This document shows, in pieces, positions 39,886-47,443 of a stretch of DNA of 64,000 nucleotides; the first letter of the stretch is position 1; each line of letters starts with the position of its first letter. The stretch lies in IMG/VR virus record IMGVR_UViG_3300031555_004037; one strand, 5' to 3'. This DNA comes from a virus (taxonomy: Duplodnaviria > Heunggongvirae > Uroviricota > Caudoviricetes). The notes below the pieces were generated by a model. It was not told the DNA's origin and ran no database searches. It saw only the letters and a list, made by a program, of their open reading frames with translations. The position numbers and the translations under genes are program-made.

Positions 39886-40803
39886 ATGGAAAATACAATG
39901 ATTACAATGGAAGAGTATAATGAAACAGAGTATAAGGCATTTGAAATGTCTTTGTTGAATAATGAATTAGTTGGGTTTAATCATTTTATCAATGAAATTA
40001 AAAAATACCCAATACTTTCATCAGAAGAAACTCGAACATTAGGTTTTCTTGCAAGTTGTGGAGATAAAGATGCTAGAGAAAAGTTAATTCTCCACAATAT
40101 TAGACTTGTTTTATTTATTGCAAACAAATTCAAATGGTCATCTCTTGACTTTGAAGATTTAGTATCTTTGGGCAACCAGGGATTACTCATTGCTATTAAC
40201 AAGTTTGACCCTAACAGAAATGTTTTGTTCCATACATACGCATATTCTTGGATTCATCAAAGTATACAGCGTGGCATTGAAGAAATTGGTGAAACCATTA
40301 GAGTATCTGTTTCTGCCAATAATTTATTGGTTAATATTAAGAAAACAGAGCAGAGATTAAGAGAAGAATTTAGAGAAGAGCCTACAATCGAGCAGATTGC
40401 AGAAGAGTTAAATATTCCTGTGGCAAAGGTTAAGAAAACTCTTTCTTATGATACTAAAATCTTATCGTTATCTATGCCTGTGAATACTGATGATAGTGGT
40501 AATAGCACACTTGGAGATTTCCTTGAAATTGATAACAAGTTGTGTCCAGAAGAAGTAGCCACTAGAAATTCAATGCGTGAGGATATTTTAAATATTTTAC
40601 ATAAAAACTTAACTGATAGAGAGGTAAATATTCTTTGTATGAGGAATGGTTGGGATGACGAAAATCCTATGACATTTGAGGCTATTGGACAAGTTTATAA
40701 TATTACAAAAACCAGAGTAAAAACTATCTATGATGGTGCTTTACAGAAATTGGCTAATTGTAATGACGCATCAAATCTCTATGATATGATGTTAGCATCA
40801 TAA
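39886..40803 (+). CDS. Sigma70-family sigma factor
   Basis: HNIRLV, DLVSLGNQGL..A..KFDP, region 3 and 4 HTH. Confidence 0.9.
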   Translation: MENTMITMEEYNETEYKAFEMSLLNNELVGFNHFINEIKKYPILSSEETRTLGFLASCGDKDAREKLILHNIRLVLFIANKFKWSSLDFEDLVSLGNQGLLIAINKFDPNRNVLFHTYAYSWIHQSIQRGIEEIGETIRVSVSANNLLVNIKKTEQRLREEFREEPTIEQIAEELNIPVAKVKKTLSYDTKILSLSMPVNTDDSGNSTLGDFLEIDNKLCPEEVATRNSMREDILNILHKNLTDREVNILCMRNGWDDENPMTFEAIGQVYNITKTRVKTIYDGALQKLANCNDASNLYDMMLAS

Positions 40804-40807
40804 AGTG

Positions 40808-40820
40808 CTATTTAATTATA
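40808..40820 (+). promoter_or_regulatory. CTATTTAATTATA motif
   Basis: Exact copy after sigma gene. Confidence 0.6.
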
Positions 40821-40922
40821 TATATGAAGTTCTCTGTAAACAAATAGGAACAGAGTGGTGGAGTAGTACGGAAGAAACCAGTACGAAGACGAAACAGACT
40901 ATCTTTTGAGATAGTCTAATGT

Positions 40923-41006
40923 GGGGATATGGTGGAACTGACAGACACACAGGACTTAAAATCCTGTGGTAGCAATACCGTGTGGGTTCAAATCCCACTA
41001 TCCCTA
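40923..41006 (+). tRNA. tRNA-Leu(TAA)
   Basis: CAGGA-CT TAA AA-TCCTG, variable arm. Confidence 0.93.
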
Positions 41007-41316
41007 CTCCACTTGTTTGAATTAGTCACTAGGAGAACAAGATACTTGGGTAAAGACTAATACCACGAAGTAAAGACCTATAAGATACTTGGTCAAGTTG
41101 CGTGTCTAGTATATGCACAAGAGAAATGGTAGAATTAATATTCTTCGGAATATCTACTAATATACTATTTTTAAAACTTTATAACTTCTTTGGTATGATT
41201 AGTTTTTCCTTAATCATAGGTTTTTGTTGTTGCAATTTTGAATTGAGATTTTATATAGGTAATTACCTTGAAGTTTTGCTCAATTTAAATAAATAATAAG
41301 GGGAAAATATAAGTAT

Positions 41317-42084
41317 ATGGTAGAAGAACTAAAAGATATTTTTATAAAAGATTTAGATAATTTTAAAGAAAGAAAGTGTAAAGCAAAAGATATTTTCACA
41401 ATAAGAGAAATTCCTAAAAATATTGCTTATGAATTTGTTAGAAAATATCATTATTTAAAAGACGCTAAATTTTTCTGTGTTTATGGTTATGGTCTTTTTT
41501 ATAAGGACGAATTAGTAGGATGTGCTACATATTCTAATCCTCAAGGTGCTGTTGCTTTAAAAGGTTGGTTTGGAGTAGATAATGACTGTCAAACTATTTT
41601 AGAGTTATCAAGATTATGTATGTTACCTATTTTAAATGGTACAAATGCTACAAGTTATCTTTTAGGTAATAGTATGAAAAGATTAAAGGAACATAATATT
41701 CAAGCAGTAATCACACTTGCTGATAGTAATAGACATATAGGTTCAATTTATCAAGTGTGTAATTTTAAGTATTATGGTCTTACAAATAAGAAAACTGATT
41801 TCTGTACTATTGTAAATGGTAAATTAAAGATAAATCCAAGAATGGCAACAAAGGATAAAAAGGGAGTATGGTTGCCTAGAACACAGAAACATAGATATTG
41901 CTATTTGTTGGACAAGTCTTTAAAAATTTTATATGATGAACAACCACATCCAACAGTAAAAGAAACAATAAAATTAGAGTGTTGTGGTGGTACTCATATT
42001 GTTTATGATTATAGATATGATACATATTATACTTGTCCTAGATGTACAGGTAAATTAGAAGAAATAAATATGGAAACAAATTAA
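41317..42084 (+). CDS. Second Mom-like GNAT-fold DNA modification protein with C-terminal Cys motif
   Basis: KYHYL, ELSRL, ITLAD, HIGSIYQVCNFKYYG. Confidence 0.7.
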   Translation: MVEELKDIFIKDLDNFKERKCKAKDIFTIREIPKNIAYEFVRKYHYLKDAKFFCVYGYGLFYKDELVGCATYSNPQGAVALKGWFGVDNDCQTILELSRLCMLPILNGTNATSYLLGNSMKRLKEHNIQAVITLADSNRHIGSIYQVCNFKYYGLTNKKTDFCTIVNGKLKINPRMATKDKKGVWLPRTQKHRYCYLLDKSLKILYDEQPHPTVKETIKLECCGGTHIVYDYRYDTYYTCPRCTGKLEEINMETN

Positions 42085-42101
42085 CTTTATGTTAATTTAT
42101 T

Positions 42102-42175
42102 GTACCCATAGTTCAGTTGGTTAGAACATCTGGCTCATAACCAGACGGTCATAGGTTCGAGTCCTATTGGGTACA
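42102..42175 (+). tRNA. tRNA-CAT (Ile2 or elongator Met)
   Basis: TCTGG-CT CAT AA-CCAGA. Confidence 0.88.
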
Positions 42176-42278
42176 TTCAAGTCTATGTGTTTGAAAAAAC
42201 TAACTAGATTATTTAAACATCAATACGCAACGAAACTGCAAATTTTGATTCCCCACATTGTCTAGGCATAGACTTGAA
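42176..42278 (+). ncRNA. Candidate structured spacer RNA
   Basis: 12-bp perfect closing helix TTCAAGTCTATG/CATAGACTTGAA directly after tRNA. Confidence 0.5.
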
Positions 42279-42311
42279 ATGAAAAAAATTTACAATTTTT
42301 TCAAAAAAGTG

Positions 42312-42340
42312 TTTACAAATTATAAATACTTTGATATAAT
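42312..42340 (+). promoter_or_regulatory. SigA-type promoter
   Basis: TTTACA-N17-TATAAT, TG extension. Confidence 0.8.
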
Positions 42341-42361
42341 AGTTTTTGTTGAGAGAGATAT

Positions 42362-42434
42362 GGTCTGCTGGACGAATGGTTTAAGTTGACACCCTTTCAC
42401 GGTGTAGATACGGGTTCGATTCCCGTGCAGACTA
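42362..42434 (+). tRNA. tRNA-Glu(TTC)
   Basis: ACACC-CT TTC AC-GGTGT. Confidence 0.93.
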
Positions 42435-42465
42435 CTTAAAGTGTATAATAATTAGGAGAAAAGTA

Positions 42466-42678
42466 TTGCGACCAAAACACGAATTAGAGCGAGGAATTAT
42501 TTGTGAAAAATGTCTTAAACATTCATATAAAGGACATTACAAACGAATAAAAACTGAAACTGCGAAGATTGAAAGCACAACAGGAGAATATTATATTATA
42601 CATAGAATGAATTTGTGCAATAAGTGTTTTGAAGAATATACTAATCTAATAAATAAGTTTTTAGATAGTGAAAAATAA
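42466..42678 (+). CDS. Small Zn-finger-like protein
   Basis: CEKC..CNKC, SD. Confidence 0.55.
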   Translation: MRPKHELERGIICEKCLKHSYKGHYKRIKTETAKIESTTGEYYIIHRMNLCNKCFEEYTNLINKFLDSEK

Positions 42679-42682
42679 AGCA

Positions 42683-42695
42683 CTATTTAATTATA
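42683..42695 (+). promoter_or_regulatory. CTATTTAATTATA motif upstream of the giant RNA
   Basis: Exact copy 17 nt before the RNA terminal helix. Confidence 0.6.
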
Positions 42696-42712
42696 TAAGA
42701 AAATACAACTAA

Positions 42713-43432
42713 ATATTGTGTGCCAAATTAAATGTTTAGTGAACCCTAGTGAATGAAGAACTAACCACTCTGCTAGGACAGTAATAAGGCTCAAAAGGTT
42801 GAATAACTCGTTGAAACTCGAATGATAGTTTGAGTGTATGCGAAACTCTTAATATATATTGAAGTTTAAGAGTTGGAGAGCGAATGTTCAAGTTATGTGT
42901 TACTGGTGCTAATCATATTGGTAGGTGTAGTGTGACCTGCTTGTGGGCATCGTAATAGACGCTACCTCGAAAGGGTAGAAGAATCCTGGGAACTCGGTAG
43001 TCTGGTAAACTATTTGAGATAGCAGGAAATACCAAAACAAGATGCTTTGCCTTGATAGTCTAGTGATAGACAGTATAACACAAGCATAAGTCGAAAGGCT
43101 GGATAAGCCAAGTAGCCCAATGGCAATAAAAACATTCTAATTTTGAGTTAATAATTCAAGGAATAAAACAGTCGATAGATATTCTTTACTAACTACATAA
43201 ATTATCTGAATGGTTAGGGTGAAATCTGGGAGTGTCGTTCTCTCACGAGTTTTATAAATACACCAAGTAATAATCCGTGTGTTAAACATCGTGTTTATTC
43301 TATGTATTTTAGCCTAAAAAGCGTGGACTTGCTACCCATTGCTCAGATTTAGGTTCTCGTTAGCATAATAACACCGAGATACGATTAGTAAGTCGAAGGA
43401 CTTCAATAAGCATTTAATTTAGTACACAATAT
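42713..43432 (+). ncRNA. Giant ornate ncRNA (~720 nt), GOLLD/ROOL-class candidate
   Basis: About 25-bp terminal helix, long-range helices, GNRA hairpins, no ORF, in tRNA cluster. Confidence 0.8.
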
Positions 43433-43463
43433 AACGAATTATAAAAGAAAGGGGATAACACTT

Positions 43464-43679
43464 ATGTATAATGATTTTAATATACAGCCAACGATGTGTA
43501 AAATCTGTAAGAGGCAGGCATCCAAAATTGAAGAGTATATTCAGTTAGCCAAAGAATGTGGCTATACAACTGTTGACGAGTGTGTTGAAAACGAAGAAGG
43601 TACATTTAATCCTGATACACGAAAATTTTATTGTACAGAGTGTTATATCAAAATCGGTCAACCTTTGGGAACAGCATAA
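43464..43679 (+). CDS. Small Cys-motif protein
   Basis: CKIC..CTEC, SD. Confidence 0.6.
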   Translation: MYNDFNIQPTMCKICKRQASKIEEYIQLAKECGYTTVDECVENEEGTFNPDTRKFYCTECYIKIGQPLGTA

Positions 43680-43710
43680 GATTTACAAATATATTCTTAT
43701 TAACTATGGA

Positions 43711-43755
43711 AAAGCCTCCTAGATTTTATAATCGTATAAAATTTGGGGGGTTTTT
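43711..43755 (+). terminator. Intrinsic terminator before the tmRNA promoter
   Basis: GCCTCCTAGATTTTATA/TATAAAATTTGGGGGGT + T tract. Confidence 0.75.
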
Positions 43756-43783
43756 ATTTTTCTAAATAATTTAATAAAAATTA

Positions 43784-43812
43784 TTTACAAATTAAAAACA
43801 ATGTGCTATAAT
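43784..43812 (+). promoter_or_regulatory. SigA-type promoter (tmRNA)
   Basis: TTTACA-N17-TATAAT, TG extension. Confidence 0.8.
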
Positions 43813-43837
43813 AATTAAAGTAAAATAAATAAAACTT

Positions 43838-44192
43838 GGGCTTGTCAGGTTTCGACAGGGCAAATGAAGTCAAATAAGGTAGGTAGAGCAGTCGAGTAAC
43901 TCTTAAAACTGTTTCGGTTAAACATAGTCGCAAGACCTTGTATGTGCGCAGCCTAAGCCGATAATTAGGTACTAATATGATATATGATTTGTCTGTTAAT
44001 CAGTTGTATTAGTTCATCATATAACAGAATATCCGAAGATTGCAAGGAGAAATAATATTAAAAACGCAATACATCTTGTTGTGGCTAATATCGTTTAAGG
44101 TGTAAAGAAAAAGAATCAATTAGCAAAAGTGCCTATGAATAACTTGTTTGGTGGAAATGTTTTGGACAGGGGTTCGACTCCCCTCAAGTCCA
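43838..44192 (+). ncRNA. ssrA: tmRNA, tag (A)ARPCMCAA
   Basis: GGGCTTG/CAAGTCC acceptor with G3-U70, T-arm, UAGUC-GCA resume site, tag 43930-43956. Confidence 0.93.
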
Positions 44193-44195
44193 CTA

Positions 44196-44302
44196 AAAAT
44201 CGGTAATTTATATGTACGCAAACATTAATTATCGGTAAATGAACCTAACAAAAGTGGAAACAAAAATGGTTCAAACTTCTAGGGATTCCACCCCTAGATT
44301 TT
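44196..44302 (+). ncRNA. Candidate multi-stem spacer RNA
   Basis: GGTAATT/AATTATC, TGAACC/GGTTCA, TCTAGGG/CCCTAGA helices. Confidence 0.35.
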
Positions 44303-44304
44303 AT

Positions 44305-44390
44305 GGAGTGTTGGCTCAACTGGTAAAGCATCGGTCTTGAAAATCGACATCCGTTAATTCGGTATCTGGGTTCGACTCCCAGGCACTCCG
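44305..44390 (+). tRNA. tRNA-Ser(TGA)
   Basis: TCGGT-CT TGA AA-ATCGA, variable arm, G73. Confidence 0.92.
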
Positions 44391-44392
44391 TT

Positions 44393-44470
44393 ATATGAGT
44401 TATTGTTAATGCACAATATTAAATAAGGTTATCTCACGATTGATATTAAATGGTCAGCCTTAACTCATAT
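44393..44470 (+). ncRNA. Candidate structured spacer RNA
   Basis: 10-bp closing helix ATATGAGTTA/TAACTCATAT. Confidence 0.45.
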
Positions 44471-44474
44471 TTAT

Positions 44475-44547
44475 GCACAGTAGGTGATGCGGTTCGTTGC
44501 ACCTGGCTTATATCCAGCGATTCTGGGTTCGACTCCTAGACTGTGTA
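44475..44547 (+). tRNA. tRNA-Ile(TAT)
   Basis: GCACAGT/ACTGTGT acceptor, CTGG-CT TAT AT-CCAG. Confidence 0.75.
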
Positions 44548-44550
44548 CTA

Positions 44551-44621
44551 GCAATGTAGGGTATAGGCAATCTTGTAGTATAACTGTTGCCTATTACAGA
44601 CTATAAGATTCCTTACATTGT
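44551..44621 (+). ncRNA. Pseudoknotted hairpin upstream of smpB
   Basis: Two 11-bp helices plus TAGGC bulge pairing with loop GCCTA. Confidence 0.55.
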
Positions 44622-44650
44622 TGTGAATTTATATTTGGAGGATTTCTAAA

Positions 44651-45100
44651 ATGAAGAAAAATATAACTATTGAAAATAGAAAAGCAAAATATGATTACTT
44701 TATTGAAGAAACCCTTGAATGTGGTATAGAATTAATAGGTAATGAAGTAAAGTCTATCAAAAATGGTAATTGTTCAATAGTGGACGCTTATTGTAAAGTT
44801 GTAAATAGACAGTTATATATCTATAATATGTTTATTAAAAGATATGAAACAACAAATAAATTTGATACTCTTGAAGAAAATAGAGATAGAAAATTACTTG
44901 CACACAAAAAAGAAATTATTAAATTAGATAATACTACTAATTTAGACGGAATGACTTTAATTCCACTTAAAATCTATGATAATGGTAGTAAAATTAAAGT
45001 TTTAGTTGGTGTTTGTAAAGGAAAACATACTTATGATAAGAGAAATTCCTTAAAAGAAAAACAATTAAAACGAGAAATTGATAGAAATATGAAAGGATAA
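44651..45100 (+). CDS. smpB: SsrA-binding protein
   Basis: NRKAKYDYF, GIELIGNEVKS, GKHTYDKR. Confidence 0.95.
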   Translation: MKKNITIENRKAKYDYFIEETLECGIELIGNEVKSIKNGNCSIVDAYCKVVNRQLYIYNMFIKRYETTNKFDTLEENRDRKLLAHKKEIIKLDNTTNLDGMTLIPLKIYDNGSKIKVLVGVCKGKHTYDKRNSLKEKQLKREIDRNMKG

Positions 45101-45143
45101 GTATTAGAAAATTTTGAATTTATTCAAATTGATTAATTTTTTG

Positions 45144-45172
45144 TTTACAAACTGATTTAACTATGATATACT
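45144..45172 (+). promoter_or_regulatory. SigA-type promoter
   Basis: TTTACA-N17-TATACT, TG extension. Confidence 0.8.
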
Positions 45173-45201
45173 AATTATAATGAAAATTATATTTAAGTTA
45201 T

Positions 45202-45272
45202 GCCTCATTAGTTCAATGGTAGAACATCGGCTTTGTAACCCGAAAATATTGGTTCGATTCCAATATGAGGCT
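45202..45272 (+). tRNA. tRNA-Thr(TGT)
   Basis: Cloverleaf; C31-C39 mismatch. Confidence 0.85.
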
Positions 45273-45273
45273 T

Positions 45274-45347
45274 TGCGGGATGACGAGTAATGGATGCTCA
45301 CCAGGCTCATAACCTGGGATATGTGGGTTCGATTCCCACTCCCGCTA
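45274..45347 (+). tRNA. tRNA-fMet-like (CAT)
   Basis: Unpaired 1-72, GCGGGA/TCCCGC acceptor. Confidence 0.85.
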
Positions 45348-45376
45348 CTAAAAATTTTATAATTGGAGGTAATACT

Positions 45377-46222
45377 TTGAAATCAAAAAAAGAGTTTAAG
45401 AGTTTTTTCAAAACAGTTGGTGGAAATGAGGGTAATAAATGTCATTATCCTACAAGATTAGACACTTATGGTTGTGGTTGCAGTCACGATTGTTCATACT
45501 GTTATGCAAAATCACTTCTTGATTTTAGACATTTATGGAATCCAGAAGACCCTGCTATTGCTGATATTGAAAAAATTCGTAAAAAAATTTCCAAATTACC
45601 AAAAGATATGGTAGTTCGTTTAGGTGGAATGACAGATTGTTTTCAACCTATTGAAAAAACACATCGAGTTACATACGAAACCATTAAGGCATTGAATGAA
45701 AATGGTATTTCTTATTTAATTGTAACCAAGAGTGCTATTATTGCAGACGAAGAATATCTTGAAATTTTGGATAAGGATTTGGCACATATTCAGATTACAG
45801 TTACAACAACTGATGACGAATTATCAAAAACTTATGAAAAGGCAAGTGTTCCTAGTGAGCGTATTAAGGCTATTGAAAAACTTCAAGAAATGGGATTTGA
45901 TGTTACTTTAAGATTATCTCCATTTATTCCAGAATATGTAGACCTTTCCATTATAAATAATGTAAAGTGCGATAAGATTTTGGTAGAGTTTTTAAGAGTT
46001 AATACTTGGATTCAGAAATGGTTTAATATTGATTATTCTGATTATACAGTAAAGCAGAGTGGTTATAGACATTTACCATTAGAAAAGAAAAAGGAATACA
46101 TATCTAAAATTACAGGATATAAAGAAATGACGGTTTGTGAAGACGAAAGTGACGCTTATGAATATTGGAAAGAACACTTTAATCATAATCCTAATGATTG
46201 TTGTAATTTAAGAAAAGTATAA
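45377..46222 (+). CDS. Radical SAM protein (spore photoproduct lyase-like)
   Basis: CSHDCSYC, VRLGGMTD; TTG start after GGAGGT (the ORF-track start lies in a tRNA). Confidence 0.8.
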   Translation: MKSKKEFKSFFKTVGGNEGNKCHYPTRLDTYGCGCSHDCSYCYAKSLLDFRHLWNPEDPAIADIEKIRKKISKLPKDMVVRLGGMTDCFQPIEKTHRVTYETIKALNENGISYLIVTKSAIIADEEYLEILDKDLAHIQITVTTTDDELSKTYEKASVPSERIKAIEKLQEMGFDVTLRLSPFIPEYVDLSIINNVKCDKILVEFLRVNTWIQKWFNIDYSDYTVKQSGYRHLPLEKKKEYISKITGYKEMTVCEDESDAYEYWKEHFNHNPNDCCNLRKV

Positions 46223-46316
46223 ATTTACATAGACATAAATTAAAATGCTTATAATGTTTATGTCGATAAAATAGTTTACCAACATTCTATCTAAAAGTTG
46301 GTTAGCATATATTTAT

Positions 46317-46388
46317 TCTCATATAGCTCAATGGTAGAGCACACGACTGTTAATCGTGGGGTTGTAGGTTCGAGTCCTACTGTGAGAG
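46317..46388 (+). tRNA. tRNA-Asn(GTT)
   Basis: CACGA-CT GTT AA-TCGTG. Confidence 0.93.
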
Positions 46389-46430
46389 TTGAAACACTTA
46401 ATTAAATACCTTCATTAGTGTTTTTTAGTA

Positions 46431-46562
46431 TAAATACTTTAATATAAGATTAAGAATTTATATGACGTAGACCAACACGGACATATAAGTTACTTATATT
46501 AGAAGAAATTTAGCGATTTCAACATTCCAAGAGTAGAAGTTGGTAAGAGGAATGAGTATTTA
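46431..46562 (+). ncRNA. Candidate structured spacer RNA
   Basis: TAAATACTT/GAGTATTTA closing, AATATAAG/CTTATATT, CATTCC/GGAATG. Confidence 0.45.
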
Positions 46563-46573
46563 TACAAAATTTT

Positions 46574-46646
46574 GCACCGTTGGACGAATGGTTTAAGTTG
46601 CTACCCCCTCAAGGTAGAGATATGAGTTCAATTCTCATACGGTGTA
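46574..46646 (+). tRNA. tRNA-Glu(CTC), C33 variant
   Basis: CTACC-CC CTC AA-GGTAG. Confidence 0.8.
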
Positions 46647-46648
46647 CT

Positions 46649-46720
46649 GTGGCTGTAGTTTAATGGCTAGAACATCAGATTGTGGCTCTGAAAATGTGAG
46701 TTCAATTCTCATCGGTCACA
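46649..46720 (+). tRNA. tRNA-His(GTG), no encoded G-1, A73
   Basis: TCAGA-TT GTG GC-TCTGA. Confidence 0.9.
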
Positions 46721-46728
46721 TTCATAAT

Positions 46729-46799
46729 GACCCTATGTTCCAATGGTAAGAAGAAGGTCTGCAAAACCTTAAATATGGGTTCAACTCCCATTGGGGTCT
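46729..46799 (+). tRNA. tRNA-Cys(GCA)
   Basis: AAGGT-CT GCA AA-ACCTT, U73. Confidence 0.92.
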
Positions 46800-46804
46800 T
46801 TAGA

Positions 46805-46998
46805 GTTGAGTTACTCAAGTGGTTGAAGAGGCAAATATCCTTAAAAGGACTTTGTAGAAAGTTTAATACATATTTTTTGTTATATAGTAAAAATGATAAT
46901 TGACGAATTTGATTTTGGAACAGTAATAAAACTATAATGAAGTACAAATTATAGACAATATTATTAACTTTGCGAGGGTTCAAATCCCCCACTCAACT
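46805..46998 (+). ncRNA. Expanded tRNA-like RNA (Ser-type D-arm, 133-nt insert)
   Basis: GTTGAGT/ACTCAAC acceptor, D-arm, T-arm, GCAAA/TTTGC closing the insert. Confidence 0.75.
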
Positions 46999-47007
46999 TA
47001 TCAATAT

Positions 47008-47090
47008 CGGTAGGTATGCCTAGCGGCGAGGGCAGCAGACTGTAAATCTGTCACAAGGAAACACCGTTGGTTCGAGTCCAACTCTACCGA
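47008..47090 (+). tRNA. tRNA-Tyr(GTA)
   Basis: GCAGA-CT GTA AA-TCTGT, variable arm. Confidence 0.92.
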
Positions 47091-47139
47091 CTATGATACT
47101 GTCAAACTAATAGAATTTATTCAAGACTGTATCTAATAT

Positions 47140-47211
47140 GGCTGTATGGTCTAGTGGTTATGACGCTACCCTGTCACGGTAGAAACACGGGTTCGACTCC
47201 CGTTATGGTCG
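47140..47211 (+). tRNA. tRNA-Asp(GTC)
   Basis: CTACC-CT GTC AC-GGTAG. Confidence 0.93.
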
Positions 47212-47218
47212 CTTTTAT

Positions 47219-47333
47219 AACATAGAGCACACTATTAAAGCCAAGTAGTAGAAAGAACTCTAAAAAACTATAGATAATTAAGTTTATTATGGCTGAACAC
47301 TTAATAACTCTATACAAAAGAATGTGTTATGTT
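47219..47333 (+). ncRNA. Candidate structured spacer RNA
   Basis: AACATAGAGCACA/TGTGTTATGTT ends; internal TAGAG/CTCTA, GCCA/TGGC. Confidence 0.4.
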
Positions 47334-47371
47334 TGGTTCTTTAAATATTAGTTTAACAATAAATTACATTT

Positions 47372-47443
47372 GGGTTTATAACTTAATGGAAGAGTAGTTG
47401 TTTTGAAAGCAAATGGTTAGAGGTTCAAGTCCTCTTAAATCTA
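47372..47443 (+). tRNA. Atypical tRNA, TGA anticodon without variable arm
   Basis: TTGT-TT TGA AA-GCAA, 5-nt variable loop, A73. Confidence 0.6.

Noticed and set aside
40860-40900. Hammerhead ribozyme (GACGAAAC)
   Set aside because: CUGANGA core absent
40816-40998. Minus-strand ORF (similarly 46702-46992, and plus-strand 48824, 49056, 54162)
   Set aside because: Shadow translations of tRNA genes
41102-41296. 64-aa ORF
   Set aside because: GTG start without SD, overlaps a structured spacer, low-complexity composition
45290-45376. N-terminal extension of the radical SAM ORF
   Set aside because: Overlaps tRNA-fMet; the SD supports TTG 45377
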